The notes: generated from the letters alone by a model not told the origin. A stretch of DNA of 64,000 nt from Phycisphaerae bacterium (GCA_041661665.1 JBAZTW010000006.1:3711-67710); one strand, 5' to 3'; positions 18,384 to 28,645 are shown, numbered from the stretch's first letter. Program-made: numbers and translations.

Positions 18384-19778
18384 TTACAACTCGAAAACCT
18401 GGCCAGGTGAAGGAATATGGGCGTTTTTCATACCAGCTTCGACTAATCGCTCGGAGAAAAATTCCAGTGCGTTTTGTTCGCCGTGGACACAGAAAACGTG
18501 TTCAATATGCGAAGCGCCGCATCTGTCAAAATAGTCGAGCATTTCAAATTCATCGGCGTGTGCGCTAAGAGCGGAGATTTCTTCAACCTTCGCTCTGAGC
18601 GGTAAAGTCATACCGAAAATCTTCACTTCAGGCTGATGCTCGGCGATTTTTCGACCGAGGGTGTTTTCGGCCATATATCCAACGATAAGAATAATGTTTT
18701 TCGGATTCGTGATATTGTTTTTCAGATGGTGGAGTATTCTGCCCGCTTCGCACATTCCTGATGCGGAAATAATAATCATCGGGCCTGGCAAATCGTTCAG
18801 AGCCATCGATTCCTGAACGCTTTCGGTGTATCGCAGACCGTGGAAGTTGAACGGTTTGCTGCTGTCAACTAAGAATTCCATCGATGCAGGGTCCCAGCAT
18901 TCCCTGTGCCTGCCGTAGACTTCGGTCGCTGCGCTGGAGAGCGGCGAATCAACATAAACCGGCACAGGGCAAATCTGCCCTTCAGCGTAAAGTTTGTTGA
19001 GCAGATAAATCAATAGCTGCGTTCTGCCGATGCTGAAGGCGGGAATAATCATTTTGCCTTTTGTTCTGCATATTTCATTTACAAGCTCTTTGAGTTTGCC
19101 TTTGACATCCGCAGCGGGCGGGTGTTTTCGGTCGCCGTAGGTGCTTTCGGTAATCAGATAATCTATATCGTTGATGACGACCGGGTCTTTGAGGATTGGG
19201 ATATCGCGTCTGCCGATGTCGCCTGTGAACATTAGTTTTTTTGTGCTGCCGTCTTCGCGAAAATTTATTTCGGTGAACGCCGAGCCGAGAATGTGGCCTG
19301 CATCGTGGAAGCAGACTTCGACGTTATCGAAAAGTTTGAATGGTTGTGAATATGGCACAGGCTGGAGCTGTTTGCTGGCGATGTCTGCTTCTTCAACGGT
19401 GTATAGCGGCTCGAAGGGGTTTTTACCCTGCTTGGCGCGTTTTTTGTTGATGTATTCGGTATCGCGAACTTGTATGTTTGCACAGTCGCGAAACATTATC
19501 TGGCACAAGTCGGCAGTCGCATCGGTGCAGAAGACTTTGCCTTTGTATCCTTTTTTGACGAGGGTGGGGATATTGCCGCTGTGGTCCATATGTGCGTGAG
19601 ACAGAATCATCACGTCGATTTTGTCGGGGTTCACGAGGAAGTTGCGGTTCTTTTCGAATGCTTCTTTTCTTTTACCCTGAAACAGGCCGCAATCGAGGAG
19701 GATATTTTTGCCGTTGATTGTAACTATGTGAGCCGAGCCGGTTACTTCCTGCGCCGCTCCGTGAAAGGTCAGTTTCAT
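18384..19778 (-). CDS. MBL-fold beta-CASP hydrolase with RNA-specificity domain (RNA-processing nuclease type)
   Basis: 464 aa with HxHxDH (SHAHMDHSG), a beta-CASP insertion and a C-terminal RNA-metabolising MBL domain pattern. Confidence 0.85.
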   Translation of the reverse strand: MKLTFHGAAQEVTGSAHIVTINGKNILLDCGLFQGKRKEAFEKNRNFLVNPDKIDVMILSHAHMDHSGNIPTLVKKGYKGKVFCTDATADLCQIMFRDCANIQVRDTEYINKKRAKQGKNPFEPLYTVEEADIASKQLQPVPYSQPFKLFDNVEVCFHDAGHILGSAFTEINFREDGSTKKLMFTGDIGRRDIPILKDPVVINDIDYLITESTYGDRKHPPAADVKGKLKELVNEICRTKGKMIIPAFSIGRTQLLIYLLNKLYAEGQICPVPVYVDSPLSSAATEVYGRHRECWDPASMEFLVDSSKPFNFHGLRYTESVQESMALNDLPGPMIIISASGMCEAGRILHHLKNNITNPKNIILIVGYMAENTLGRKIAEHQPEVKIFGMTLPLRAKVEEISALSAHADEFEMLDYFDRCGASHIEHVFCVHGEQNALEFFSERLVEAGMKNAHIPSPGQVFEL

Positions 19779-19837
19779 TCTTTACCCTTAAAAAAACAGC
19801 ATCGCGGCATTATACCACAGAATGAGCGATTTTGCAC

Positions 19838-20197
19838 TTAGATTTTTTCGGAGTCGCAGCGATAAGCGATTACTTTGATGTCCTCAAGCGTAATCAGCCC
19901 TTCTTTTATCATGCCGTCCAATTCGGGCAGGATTAGCTGTATTCTTTCGGGCTTATCAACAATCTCTATCACAATCGGCAAATCTTCGGACAATCGCAAA
20001 ATTTTCGCGGTGTGCATTCTGCTGTGAGCACCAAAGCCCATCAACCCGCGTAAAACGGTAGCCCCGGCCAAACCTTTTTGCCGTGCTAATTTGACAATAG
20101 CCTCGTGCAGCGGTCTGCCGTTAAATTTGTCCGCTTCGCCGATGAAAATTCTCAATAACTGCGATTCCTCAGGCAGTTTCATAACCAAACCTTTCAA
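19838..20197 (-). CDS. DUF190 (PII-like) protein, usually co-encoded with CrcB
   Basis: 119 aa. LLRIFIGEADKFNGRPLHEAIV and GATVLRGLMGFG are typical of DUF190. It lies immediately downstream of crcB. Confidence 0.8.
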   Translation of the reverse strand: MKGLVMKLPEESQLLRIFIGEADKFNGRPLHEAIVKLARQKGLAGATVLRGLMGFGAHSRMHTAKILRLSEDLPIVIEIVDKPERIQLILPELDGMIKEGLITLEDIKVIAYRCDSEKI

Positions 20198-20266
20198 TAA
20201 TAAAACAGGATTTTTGCACCCTGCGCTGTCGCTTGGGCTCTGAGTTTGTTAATTTTTAGAGATACC

Positions 20267-20644
20267 CTAAATATATTTCCCGATTGCCAGTCCGCCAATC
20301 ATACCAATCAGGCCGAGAACATTTTGTAATACTATATTCGCTGATGCCCAGAGCCACTGAGATTCATCAAGGAGCTGGGCGGTTTCAAAGGCAAATGAAG
20401 AAAAAGTTGTGAAGGCGCCGAAGAATCCAACAAAAATAATCGTTCGCAACTGGCCGCTGATGGAGAGCCTGCTTTCAATTATCGCCCAGAGCAGACCGAA
20501 AGCCAGACAGCCTGCGATGTTGATTATAGCAGTGCCGAGCGGAAAGTTTGTGGATACATTGCGGCTAATCAACCCGCCGAGCCAATAGCGGGCAAGAGTT
20601 CCACAAGCGCCTGCCAAAGCAAGATATATAATTTTTTGAAACAT
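20267..20644 (-). CDS. crcB: Fluoride ion channel CrcB/FluC
   Basis: About 125 aa with four TM helices and GTLARY and GFFGAFTTFSSF motifs. ATG 20644 is preferred over the track TTG at 20662. Confidence 0.9.
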   Translation of the reverse strand: MFQKIIYLALAGACGTLARYWLGGLISRNVSTNFPLGTAIINIAGCLAFGLLWAIIESRLSISGQLRTIIFVGFFGAFTTFSSFAFETAQLLDESQWLWASANIVLQNVLGLIGMIGGLAIGKYI

Positions 20645-20804
20645 AACATTATCAACCAGCAAATATCAACTACTTGGCAGTATAAATCATAGACAGCCCG
20701 GCGGCAAGGGCTAAAACAACGCAAACAGGCTCTGCCAATACTGCCAAGATTTAACTTGTTTTCTATTTAAATCGCGGTAGAATCAGACAAAATTAAATAT
20801 TGAT

Positions 20805-20900
20805 TTCCCGTGACAGGGGAGCCCTATTTGAAAATAGGGCTGAGAGGCCGAAAGGCGACCCTTCGAACCTTTAGCAGCGGTAATTCCTGCAAGGGAGGCA
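20805..20900 (+). promoter_or_regulatory. TPP (THI-box) riboswitch
   Basis: The sequence is GGGGAGCCC..GGGCUGAGAGGCCGAAAGGCGACCCUUCGAACCUUUAGCAGCGGUAAUUCCUGCAAGGGAGG. It contains the conserved GGGG.GC, CUGAGA, ACCCUU.GAACCU and AGGGA elements of the thiamine pyrophosphate riboswitch. Confidence 0.85.
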
Positions 20901-20917
20901 CAAGACATAAAATCTTG

Positions 20918-20946
20918 ACGCAGCCCTTTTGGGTTGCGTTTTTTTT
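20918..20946 (+). terminator. Intrinsic terminator forming the riboswitch expression platform
   Basis: ACGCAGCCC-UUUU-GGGUUGCGU (9 bp including one G-U) followed by U8. It ends 9 nt before the thiF ATG. Confidence 0.8.
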
Positions 20947-20954
20947 ATACCTAT

Positions 20955-21587
20955 ATGACAAAATTAACTTCTCATCAGTTTGCACAAATGCTCATCGAGC
21001 GGCACGGTCAGACTGTCTATGAAAAGCTCAACGCCGCTACTATCGGCATCGCAGGGCTTGGCGGTTTGGGGTCTAATGTCGCTGTTGCTCTTGTTCGAGC
21101 CGGCATTGGCAAACTCGTCATCGCGGATTTTGACGTTGTCGAGCCGAGCAATCTCAATCGGCAGAATTATTTTCCCGACCAACTCGGCGAAGATAAAGTC
21201 AAAGCCACAACCGAAAATCTCAAAAAGATAAATCCTTATATTGAGATTGAGGGCATTTCGGTTAAGCTCAATCCTGAAAATGTACCGACGGTTTTTAAGG
21301 CCTGTCCGATTGTGGCAGAGTGTTTCGACGTGGCGACAGAGAAGAAAATGCTGATTGAGACAATACTTACTGAAACAAAAAAAACGATAGTTGTCGCCGC
21401 CAGCGGACTTGCGGGCCTTGGCAAAAGCAACGAAATAAAAACAAAAAAGATTTCTGACCGTTTGATAATGGTCGGTGACAGCGAAAACGGAATCGAAAAA
21501 GGCTTAAGCTTAATGGCCTGCCGGGTAATCATCGCCGCCGGCCATCAGGCAAACGCAATCGTGGAAATGTTAATAGAAAATTTTTAA
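20955..21587 (+). CDS. thiF: ThiF-type sulfur-carrier adenylyltransferase
   Basis: E1-like fold with GIAGLGGLGSNVA nucleotide-binding motif and NLNRQ. First gene after the TPP riboswitch. ATG 20955 is preferred over the track start at 20934. Confidence 0.8.
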   Translation: MTKLTSHQFAQMLIERHGQTVYEKLNAATIGIAGLGGLGSNVAVALVRAGIGKLVIADFDVVEPSNLNRQNYFPDQLGEDKVKATTENLKKINPYIEIEGISVKLNPENVPTVFKACPIVAECFDVATEKKMLIETILTETKKTIVVAASGLAGLGKSNEIKTKKISDRLIMVGDSENGIEKGLSLMACRVIIAAGHQANAIVEMLIENF

Positions 21588-21623
21588 TTTTGTAGGGTGG
21601 ACAGCTCTGCTGTCCACGCGGTT
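21588..21623. repeat. TTTTGTAGGG-hairpin-CACGCGG intergenic repeat
   Basis: tttgtagggTGGACAGCtctGCTGTCCAcgcggttt, between thiF and thiS. Related copies lie at 48669-48700, 48972-49023 and 61898-61931 (reverse orientation), each with a different but self-complementary stem. Confidence 0.7.
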
Positions 21624-21645
21624 TATCTATGTTTAATGGTGTTAT

Positions 21646-21852
21646 ATGACAGTTTTACGAATAAACGGCGAAGACAAACATTTTGAAATACTGCCCGCAA
21701 CACTGGCAAACCTGCTCGACCTTATGAAGGTTGATGCTGCGACTGTCGTTGCGGAAATTGACGGACAAATTATTAAAAAAGACGATTTCGACTCGGCAAA
21801 ACTTTCTGCCAGCCAGAAAATTGAACTGATTAGATTGGTCGGAGGCGGCTGA
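21646..21852 (+). CDS. thiS: Sulfur carrier protein ThiS
   Basis: 68 aa with a ubiquitin-like pattern, ending in Gly-Gly-Gly. Confidence 0.85.
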   Translation: MTVLRINGEDKHFEILPATLANLLDLMKVDAATVVAEIDGQIIKKDDFDSAKLSASQKIELIRLVGGG

Positions 21853-21853
21853 T

Positions 21854-22627
21854 ATGAATGACAAACTAATTATAGCAGGCAAAGAATTTGACAGTCGATT
21901 GTTCATCGGCACTGGCAAATTCGCTTCAAACAAAATTATGGCTGACGCGATTGAGGCATCCGGCACGCAGATGGTAACAGTTGCGCTTCGGCGGGTGGAT
22001 ATCGAAAATCCAAACGACAATATGCTTGCCGCCATTGACCGCAAAAAATATCTGCTCCTGCCGAATACCTCCGGTGCAAGAAACGCAGATGAAGCAGTAA
22101 GGCTGGCAAGACTGGCAAGAGCTGCAACAGGCATAACCTGGCTAAAACTCGAAGTTACGCCGGACCCGTATTATCTTCTGCCCGACCCTGTCGAAACCTT
22201 AAAGGCCGCCGAAATTCTTGTTAAGGAAGGCTTTGTCGTTTTGCCTTATATAAACGCCGACCCCGTGCTTGCGAAAAAATTGCAGGATGCAGGTGTCGCG
22301 ACTGTAATGCCGCTGGCTTCGCCGATTGGCTCAAATCAGGGATTGAAAACAAAATCCGCGATAGAAATAATTATCGCCCAGGCGACAGTGCCTGTGATTG
22401 TTGATGCCGGCTTGGGAATGCCCTCTCACGCTGCCGAGGCAATGGAAATGGGCGCTGATGCCGTGCTTGTTAATACCGCAATCGCCGCGGCAAAAAATCC
22501 CGTGCAAATGGCTGATGCCTTTAAAAAGGCCGTTCAGGCCGGTCGTCAGGCTTTTCTTGCAGGCGGCGCCGAAGTAAAACAGCAGGCCGACGCCTCAAGT
22601 CCGCTGACAGGTTTTTTAAGAGAATAA
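21854..22627 (+). CDS. thiG: Thiazole synthase
   Basis: 257 aa TIM-barrel sequence ([27 protein letters not shown]). Confidence 0.95.
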   Translation: MNDKLIIAGKEFDSRLFIGTGKFASNKIMADAIEASGTQMVTVALRRVDIENPNDNMLAAIDRKKYLLLPNTSGARNADEAVRLARLARAATGITWLKLEVTPDPYYLLPDPVETLKAAEILVKEGFVVLPYINADPVLAKKLQDAGVATVMPLASPIGSNQGLKTKSAIEIIIAQATVPVIVDAGLGMPSHAAEAMEMGADAVLVNTAIAAAKNPVQMADAFKKAVQAGRQAFLAGGAEVKQQADASSPLTGFLRE

Positions 22628-22684
22628 AATAATTTTTAAAAAAGTTAGTTAGCCCCCAGCTTTATGCTGGGGGTTCGTAAAAAA

Positions 22685-23824
22685 ATGAAAATTTTTCAAA
22701 ATATACTCGCACAAGTCGGCCTCGACCATTACAACGCCGACCTGATTGATGCAATAGAAAAAACAACATCGGTCGATGTTGAAAAAGCGTTGGCTGATAA
22801 ACCCGGCTACAACCTGCGCAAACTTGTCGCACTGATTTCGCCCGCAGCGGAAAAATATCTCGAACAAATGGCGCAAAAGGCACAGCAAATCACCCGGCAG
22901 AGATTCGGAAACACAATTCAGCTTTACGCGCCGTTGTACGTCTCAAACTTTTGTGTCAATAGCTGCCCATATTGTGCGTTCAATATAAAAAGCAAATTCA
23001 CGCCGAGCAGGTTGACCATTGAGCAGGCCTGTAAAGAGGCGGATATTCTCGCTTCTGAAGGTTTCAGACATCTTCTGCTGGTAAGCGGCGAAGACAAAAA
23101 ATTTGTAACAACAGATTATCTTTCCGCGCTTGCCGCGGAATTACGCAAAAAATTCAGTTCAATTTCAATAGAAATTTATCCCGTTGACCAGAGCAATTAC
23201 GAAAAACTTTTCGCTTCAGGCATTGACAGTATCGCGCTCTATCAGGAAACTTACGACCGCGACGACTATAAGAAATTTCATACCGCAGGCCCGAAAGCAG
23301 ATTACGATTATCGCCTGCAAACTCTCGAAAGGGCAGGAAATGCCGGTTTCCGCAGCCTTGGCCTCGGCTTCCTGATAGGCCTCAGCGATTGGCGAATGCA
23401 AACGCTCGCTCTGGCAGAGCATGCCGGTTTCCTGATGAAAAAATACTGGCAGAGCAGGGTGTCATTTTCGTTTCCGAGAATGAGACCCGCGGAAAATGTG
23501 AACCAGAATATGTTTCGCTATATGATAACAGATAGTCAGCTTGTTCAGATGATGGCCGCTTTGCGGTTGTGTTTCTCTGATGCCGAGATTGTTTTTTCGA
23601 CGCGTGAGAATGCACAATTCAGAGACAACGTTTCAAAAATCTGCATAACTCGAATGAGTGCGGGCAGCAAAACAAATCCGGGCGGTTATGCTGATGATTT
23701 CGCTGTCGAGCAATTTGAAGTTGCCGATGACCGAAGCCCCGCCGAAGTCGCGGCGATGCTCAAAAGCTGCGGCCTTGAACCTGTTTGGAAAGACTGGGAC
23801 ATCGCTTTTAATTCCGGTTTCTAA
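22685..23824 (+). CDS. thiH: 2-iminoacetate synthase (radical SAM)
   Basis: CVNSCPYC radical SAM motif in thi operon context. ATG 22685 lies just after a GTTAGCCCC hairpin repeat (22648-22677), whereas the track start 22664 lies inside that repeat. Confidence 0.9.
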   Translation: MKIFQNILAQVGLDHYNADLIDAIEKTTSVDVEKALADKPGYNLRKLVALISPAAEKYLEQMAQKAQQITRQRFGNTIQLYAPLYVSNFCVNSCPYCAFNIKSKFTPSRLTIEQACKEADILASEGFRHLLLVSGEDKKFVTTDYLSALAAELRKKFSSISIEIYPVDQSNYEKLFASGIDSIALYQETYDRDDYKKFHTAGPKADYDYRLQTLERAGNAGFRSLGLGFLIGLSDWRMQTLALAEHAGFLMKKYWQSRVSFSFPRMRPAENVNQNMFRYMITDSQLVQMMAALRLCFSDAEIVFSTRENAQFRDNVSKICITRMSAGSKTNPGGYADDFAVEQFEVADDRSPAEVAAMLKSCGLEPVWKDWDIAFNSGF

Positions 23825-23828
23825 TTCA

Positions 23829-24527
23829 TTATCGCGCGGTATAAATCATATACAGGCCGGCGACAAGAACAAGTATGCCGCAAATTTTCTTGAGGATTAC
23901 CGCCCCTTTTGATTTTTCATTCCAGTTGAGATAATGTTCAATAAACTCCGTGAATGTGCCTGCCAGAACAATTACTGAACAGTGGCCTATACCATACGCG
24001 ACTAAAAGTAAAATACCGTAAGCGATATTGGTTGATGCTACTTTGAATGTAACCGCCAGCATCGGCGCCATATAGGCGAATGTGCAGGGACCGATTGCGA
24101 TGCCGAAAATGAGGCCGAGAATAAACGCTGCGAACAGGCCTTTGCGTTTCATACCCACCTGGCCTTTGCCGGAAAACGGCATTGGTATCACGTCAAGCAG
24201 ATGAAGGCCTACGAGAAAGAAAATCGCAGCGACAAAATAATTTCCCCATTTGCCGATGTCGCCCAGCATTCGCCCCACTGCTGCGGTAATTACGCCGATT
24301 ATGCCGATAGTGATTAAAATACCGACCGCGAATAATGTTGAAATCCAAAACGCGCGCCTGGTTGAGATTTTGCCCTGCTCATCAATAAAGCCGACAATTA
24401 GCGGAATGCTCGCCAAATGACAGGGGCTAAGCAATATACTCAAGATACCCCAAATAAACGAAGCGGCTAATGCTACGGCGGCAGCGCCTTCAACAGCGTG
24501 AGTAAGATTTTCAAATAATTGCTGCAT
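23829..24527 (-). CDS. ccdA: CcdA/DsbD-type transmembrane thiol-disulfide electron transporter
   Basis: 232 aa with six TM helices and two conserved membrane-embedded Cys (LSPCHLASIP and IGPCTFAYMAP). Confidence 0.8.
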   Translation of the reverse strand: MQQLFENLTHAVEGAAAVALAASFIWGILSILLSPCHLASIPLIVGFIDEQGKISTRRAFWISTLFAVGILITIGIIGVITAAVGRMLGDIGKWGNYFVAAIFFLVGLHLLDVIPMPFSGKGQVGMKRKGLFAAFILGLIFGIAIGPCTFAYMAPMLAVTFKVASTNIAYGILLLVAYGIGHCSVIVLAGTFTEFIEHYLNWNEKSKGAVILKKICGILVLVAGLYMIYTAR

Positions 24528-25451
24528 TTATTTGACTCCCATTTCGGTAAGTTTCTTTTCTATTTCAGCCTGAAGATAGAAGCCGGTATGTCTGAAAATT
24601 TCTTTGCCGTCTTTATCGAAAAACACCTGTACCGGAATAGACTGAACACCGTAACGACTTGCGAGAATTTCTTCCTCTTTAACATGAACAAACAGAACAT
24701 TGGCTTTGCCGGCATATTTTTCTTTGAGAGTTACCAAAATCGGCGCCATCATATCGCAAGGTCGGCAGCCGGCAGCGCCAAAATCAACAACCGACGGCTT
24801 GCCGCTGGCACGGGCCCTATCGACAGGATTATCTTTTGCCGACACCGCTTGTGCCGCAACCCATACGGAAGAAACTTCGATAGGTAATTTTTTGCCAAGT
24901 GTTTTTATGTACTCACCAACGGCCTTTTGCTGCTTTTGTGAGAGAACATATTGTTTTATCTGGTCTTTCATCGTATCCAAAGCCGCCCCGCCGCAGGCAT
25001 CCTTGTTCTCTTCGTAAAACTGCTTTATTTCCGCATCCGTTACAGTTATTGACTTTACAACTTTTTCAAAATAAGCCTGAATAACCTCATTGTCGGGTTT
25101 GCCCGCAAGGTCTGTTCTATTACTATCTGCCGCATCCTTCTTGGCAATGGCAAGCAGTATCTTCCCGGTGGTGATTTGCTCGACTAAAAAGATTTCGTTC
25201 TTTTTAAGCTGCGTCTGAGTGTTTTGAGGAGCTTTGGCAATCTCATTGGCCGCGTCAGCAGCGCTGACATTCACATCGGCGGATTTAACAAGCACTCCCG
25301 TCGGAAGTTTTGCTAATTTGGCATAAGCCAAACATCCTGATGCCAGACCGGGGTATTTTTCATTTAAAGTGATTGCGTTTGGTTCTGCCGCCCAGACAAT
25401 TGAAGCCAGGCAAGCGATAATCATAGCTGAAATAATTTTCTCTGTTTTCAT
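24528..25451 (-). CDS. Secreted thioredoxin-fold protein (CRPC) with an N-terminal chaperone-like domain
   Basis: Signal peptide (MKTEKIISAMIIACLASIVWA). The C-terminal roughly 110 aa form a thioredoxin fold with active site GCRPC. The preceding roughly 170 aa are helical and SurA-N/PpiC-like. Confidence 0.7.
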   Translation of the reverse strand: MKTEKIISAMIIACLASIVWAAEPNAITLNEKYPGLASGCLAYAKLAKLPTGVLVKSADVNVSAADAANEIAKAPQNTQTQLKKNEIFLVEQITTGKILLAIAKKDAADSNRTDLAGKPDNEVIQAYFEKVVKSITVTDAEIKQFYEENKDACGGAALDTMKDQIKQYVLSQKQQKAVGEYIKTLGKKLPIEVSSVWVAAQAVSAKDNPVDRARASGKPSVVDFGAAGCRPCDMMAPILVTLKEKYAGKANVLFVHVKEEEILASRYGVQSIPVQVFFDKDGKEIFRHTGFYLQAEIEKKLTEMGVK

Positions 25452-25462
25452 ATTAATCCTTT

Positions 25463-25996
25463 TTATTTATTAAATTCAAAGCCTAATTTTTTCCATTTAG
25501 CCAAAATATCTTTTTTTGCGAAAAAACCTTCATGGCGGAAAAGTTCTTTATCGTTAGCGTCGATGAAAATCTGTGTCGGAATAACTCTGATGCCGAATTT
25601 CCGCCCAACAGTCGGGTCTTGCCATACATCATAAAATTCCGTCTGCAATTTACCCGCACACTCTTTTTTCAATTCCTCAATAATCGGCGCCATCATTTTG
25701 CAGGGTATACATTTATCCGAGCCAAGTTCAATCATTCGCGGCAGTTTTTTGGGTTCCGCCGTACTCGCCGCAGGAGCAGGCTCAACAACATTTACCGTCA
25801 TTACAAGCGGAGCATTGTTCGGCTCAATTGCCGTTACAGTAGACACATTAACATCATTTGCTTCATAATTTTTTTTTGTCGCAGAGGTCGTAATTGGTTT
25901 TGACAATCCCTTGTTTTCAGCCTTTTTAAGCACCACAACAGCAACAACCGCCGATGCGAGAATCAGCACGATGACAATTTTCCAGATATTTCTCAT
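25463..25996 (-). CDS. Membrane-anchored thioredoxin-fold protein (CIPC)
   Basis: N-terminal TM anchor, a linker, then a thioredoxin fold with DKCIPCKMMAPI. The C-terminal half is paralogous to 24528-25451. Confidence 0.75.
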   Translation of the reverse strand: MRNIWKIVIVLILASAVVAVVVLKKAENKGLSKPITTSATKKNYEANDVNVSTVTAIEPNNAPLVMTVNVVEPAPAASTAEPKKLPRMIELGSDKCIPCKMMAPIIEELKKECAGKLQTEFYDVWQDPTVGRKFGIRVIPTQIFIDANDKELFRHEGFFAKKDILAKWKKLGFEFNK

Positions 25997-26241
25997 TTAA
26001 TCATTTCCTTTAGTTCTTCGATTGCAGGTACTTTGCCCGCCACTTTTACTTTACCGTTCACGACCAAAGCAGGCGTTACCATAACACCAAATTTCATTAT
26101 ATCAGCAATTTTGGTTATCTTTTCCAATTCATATTCTATGCCAAGTTCTTTTGCCGCCTGCTCGGCGCACTCGGCAAGTTTTTTGCATTTGGGACAACCC
26201 GTTCCAAGTATCTGAATTTTTTTCATTTCCATCTCTTTCAT
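25993..26241 (-). CDS. Small thioredoxin-family protein (redox-active disulfide protein 2 type)
   Basis: KIQILGTGCPKCKKL and PALVVNGKVKVAGKVP are typical of the glutaredoxin-like family often found in ars clusters. The start is either 26241 or 26226. Confidence 0.8.
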   Translation of the reverse strand: MKEMEMKKIQILGTGCPKCKKLAECAEQAAKELGIEYELEKITKIADIMKFGVMVTPALVVNGKVKVAGKVPAIEELKEMIK

Positions 26242-27291
26242 TTAAGCAAAGTATTTTTTTCTTATCCAAAGACTGACATTCACCAAACCAATCAACGCGG
26301 GCACTTCCACCAGCGGGCCGATAACGGCAGCAAATGCCTGACCCGAATCAATGCCGAAAACCGCCACCGCAACAGCAATAGCCAACTCAAAATTATTGCT
26401 GGCCGCGGTGAATGACAATGTCGCAGATTGAGAATAATTCGCTCCGGCCTTTGCGCTGATAAAAAATGTAATAAAAAACATCACAACAAAATAAATCAGC
26501 AGCGGCACTGCGATGCGAAGCACGTCAAATGGCAGGGAAACAATAAATTTCCCCTTGAGGCTGAACATAACAAGAATCGTAAAAAGCAGTGATATCAGCG
26601 TAATGGGGCTTATCTTTGGTATAAATTTGCTGTTGTACCAATCCTTGCCCTTCAGTTTAATAAAAGTAAATCGCGTTATCATTCCAGCTATAAATGGAAT
26701 TCCCAAATAGATGAATACGCTTTTTGCAATTTGCGCAATGCTTATATTTACAACCGCCCCCTTCAATCCAACCATCGGCGGCAGAACGGTAATGAAAATA
26801 TAAGCGTAAACAGAGAAAAATAAAACCTGGAATATCGAATTAAACGCTACCAGCCCTGCTGCGTATTCGCTGTCGCCATCGGCAAGGTCGTTCCATACAA
26901 TCACCATCGCGATACAGCGGGCAAGGCCTATCATAATCAGGCCGACCATATACGCTGGATAATTTCGCAAAAACAAAATCGCCAATACAAACATCAGAAC
27001 CGGCCCGATTACCCAGTTCTGCACCAATGACAGGCCGAGAACTTTATAATTTTTGAAAACTTTGCCAAGCTCTTCATATTTGACCTTCGCCAATGGCGGA
27101 TACATCATCAGTATCAAACCAATAGCGATTGGAATATTTGTTGTGTCATACTGGAAAGCATTCCAGAATTTTACAATTGGCGGATAAAGCCAGCCTGCCC
27201 CAACGCCGATGAACATCGCTAAAAAAATCCACAGCGTTAAAAACCTGTCAAGAAACGATAGCTTTTTTGTTATTTCAAAATTCATATTCAT
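26242..27291 (-). CDS. acr3: Arsenite efflux transporter, ACR3 family
   Basis: 349 aa with about 10 TM helices. The N-terminal [16 protein letters not shown] and overall pattern match ACR3/ArsB(BART). Confidence 0.9.
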   Translation of the reverse strand: MNMNFEITKKLSFLDRFLTLWIFLAMFIGVGAGWLYPPIVKFWNAFQYDTTNIPIAIGLILMMYPPLAKVKYEELGKVFKNYKVLGLSLVQNWVIGPVLMFVLAILFLRNYPAYMVGLIMIGLARCIAMVIVWNDLADGDSEYAAGLVAFNSIFQVLFFSVYAYIFITVLPPMVGLKGAVVNISIAQIAKSVFIYLGIPFIAGMITRFTFIKLKGKDWYNSKFIPKISPITLISLLFTILVMFSLKGKFIVSLPFDVLRIAVPLLIYFVVMFFITFFISAKAGANYSQSATLSFTAASNNFELAIAVAVAVFGIDSGQAFAAVIGPLVEVPALIGLVNVSLWIRKKYFA

Positions 27292-28307
27292 AGCACCAAA
27301 TTAAAAATATATCCGACGATTATTATTCCAACTGCAACGATGCCGAAGAATATAAAAACCAAACGCGGTTTCAAAATATTTCGCAGAATAATCGCTTCAG
27401 GCAGCGACAGGCCTATAACTGCCATCATAAACGCCAAAACTGTCCCCAACGCCGCGCCTTTTTCAAGCAAAGCCTTGACAACTGGAATTATGCCTGCGGC
27501 ATTTGAATACATCGGCACGCCGAGCAAAACCGCAAGCGGCACAGACCACCACGCGTCTTTACCCATAAACGATGCCAGAAAATCTTCTGGCACATATCCG
27601 TGTATGCCCGAGCCGACCGCTATGCCAAGCACAACATAAATCCAGACTTTTTTGACAATATCGCGAACAGCAGTCAAACCGAAATAAATCCTGTTATCCC
27701 AATTTATTGTCTGCTCAACTGTTTCTGTAATTTGCGTCTCAAATACCCACGGCTCAATATACTTTTCCAATTTCATTTTGCCCAGAATCCAGCCTGCCGT
27801 TATCGCAATCAACAAACCAACGCCAACATACAAACCTGCAACCTTCCAGCCGAACATCCCGAAAAGCAGAACCAGCGCAATTTCGTTTATCATCGGAGCT
27901 GAAATCAAAAACGAAAATGTTACACCCAAAGGCACACTTGCCGTTACAAAACCGACAAATAAGGGAACTGCTGAACAGGTGCAAAATGGCGTTACTATGC
28001 CTAAAAGAGCGGCCAATATATTACCGAGAAATTTTCTTTTAGAGCTTAAAATCCTGCGGGTTCTTTCGGGCGTGAAAAAGGAGCGGATAATACCGACCCC
28101 AAAAACAACTATCACAAGAAGCATTAAAACTTTTGGAGTTTCAAAAACAAAAAACTCAACTGCCGAACTGAGATGACCGCCTTTCGGCATTTTTAACAGA
28201 GAATATGTGAACCACTTTGCGAACGGCAGCAGATTTGAATAAATCAGCCACCACGCTGTAATTGCCGTTAAAAGCAAAATTATATTTTTAAAATTTTTCG
28301 TTTTCAT
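27288..28307 (-). CDS. COG0701-type permease with a vicinal Cys pair (ArsP-like)
   Basis: 339 aa polytopic protein with the [12 protein letters not shown] motif, a CxC pair as in organoarsenical permease ArsP-type proteins. It has 4-nt overlaps with both arsR and acr3. Confidence 0.7.
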   Translation of the reverse strand: MKTKNFKNIILLLTAITAWWLIYSNLLPFAKWFTYSLLKMPKGGHLSSAVEFFVFETPKVLMLLVIVVFGVGIIRSFFTPERTRRILSSKRKFLGNILAALLGIVTPFCTCSAVPLFVGFVTASVPLGVTFSFLISAPMINEIALVLLFGMFGWKVAGLYVGVGLLIAITAGWILGKMKLEKYIEPWVFETQITETVEQTINWDNRIYFGLTAVRDIVKKVWIYVVLGIAVGSGIHGYVPEDFLASFMGKDAWWSVPLAVLLGVPMYSNAAGIIPVVKALLEKGAALGTVLAFMMAVIGLSLPEAIILRNILKPRLVFIFFGIVAVGIIIVGYIFNLVL

Positions 28308-28633
28308 AGAGCCTTAAGTAATTTTTCGCTGTCTTTGGCCTGAACTTTTAAACATTTTGTCAGACAGGAAAAGAAATCCATAATACAGGGAGCTTTAAGC
28401 TCATAAATCACATTCAGCCCGCGTTTCTTATAAGAGAGCACCCCCGCATTTACCATAACCGAAAGATGACGGGATACATTTGAACGCTCAGAGCAGGCAT
28501 ACTTTGCGATATCACAGACACACTGCTCGCCGTCTTTCAAAAAATCCAGAATCGCCACCCGCAAAGGATGAGCGAGAGCCTTCAAAACCTCCGCCTGTTT
28601 TTCATAAACTAATTTTTGATTTTTATCAGACAT
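28304..28633 (-). CDS. arsR: ArsR/SmtB family metalloregulator
   Basis: 109 aa with LKALAHPLRVAILDFL, the CVCDI metal(loid)-binding motif and a wHTH. Confidence 0.85.
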   Translation of the reverse strand: MSDKNQKLVYEKQAEVLKALAHPLRVAILDFLKDGEQCVCDIAKYACSERSNVSRHLSVMVNAGVLSYKKRGLNVIYELKAPCIMDFFSCLTKCLKVQAKDSEKLLKAL

Positions 28634-28645
28634 CTCAATTTCCTT

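Noticed and set aside
18235-18534. 99-aa + strand ORF starting at TTG
   Set aside because: It runs straight through tRNA-Thr (antisense) and into the 3' end of the beta-CASP gene, so it is not credible as coding.
20663-20760. Canonical fluoride riboswitch upstream of crcB
   Set aside because: One is expected from the gene context, but the conserved 5' GG.GAUGG element and the pseudoknot partner could not be found by eye. It is therefore recorded only as a structured leader needing a covariance-model test.
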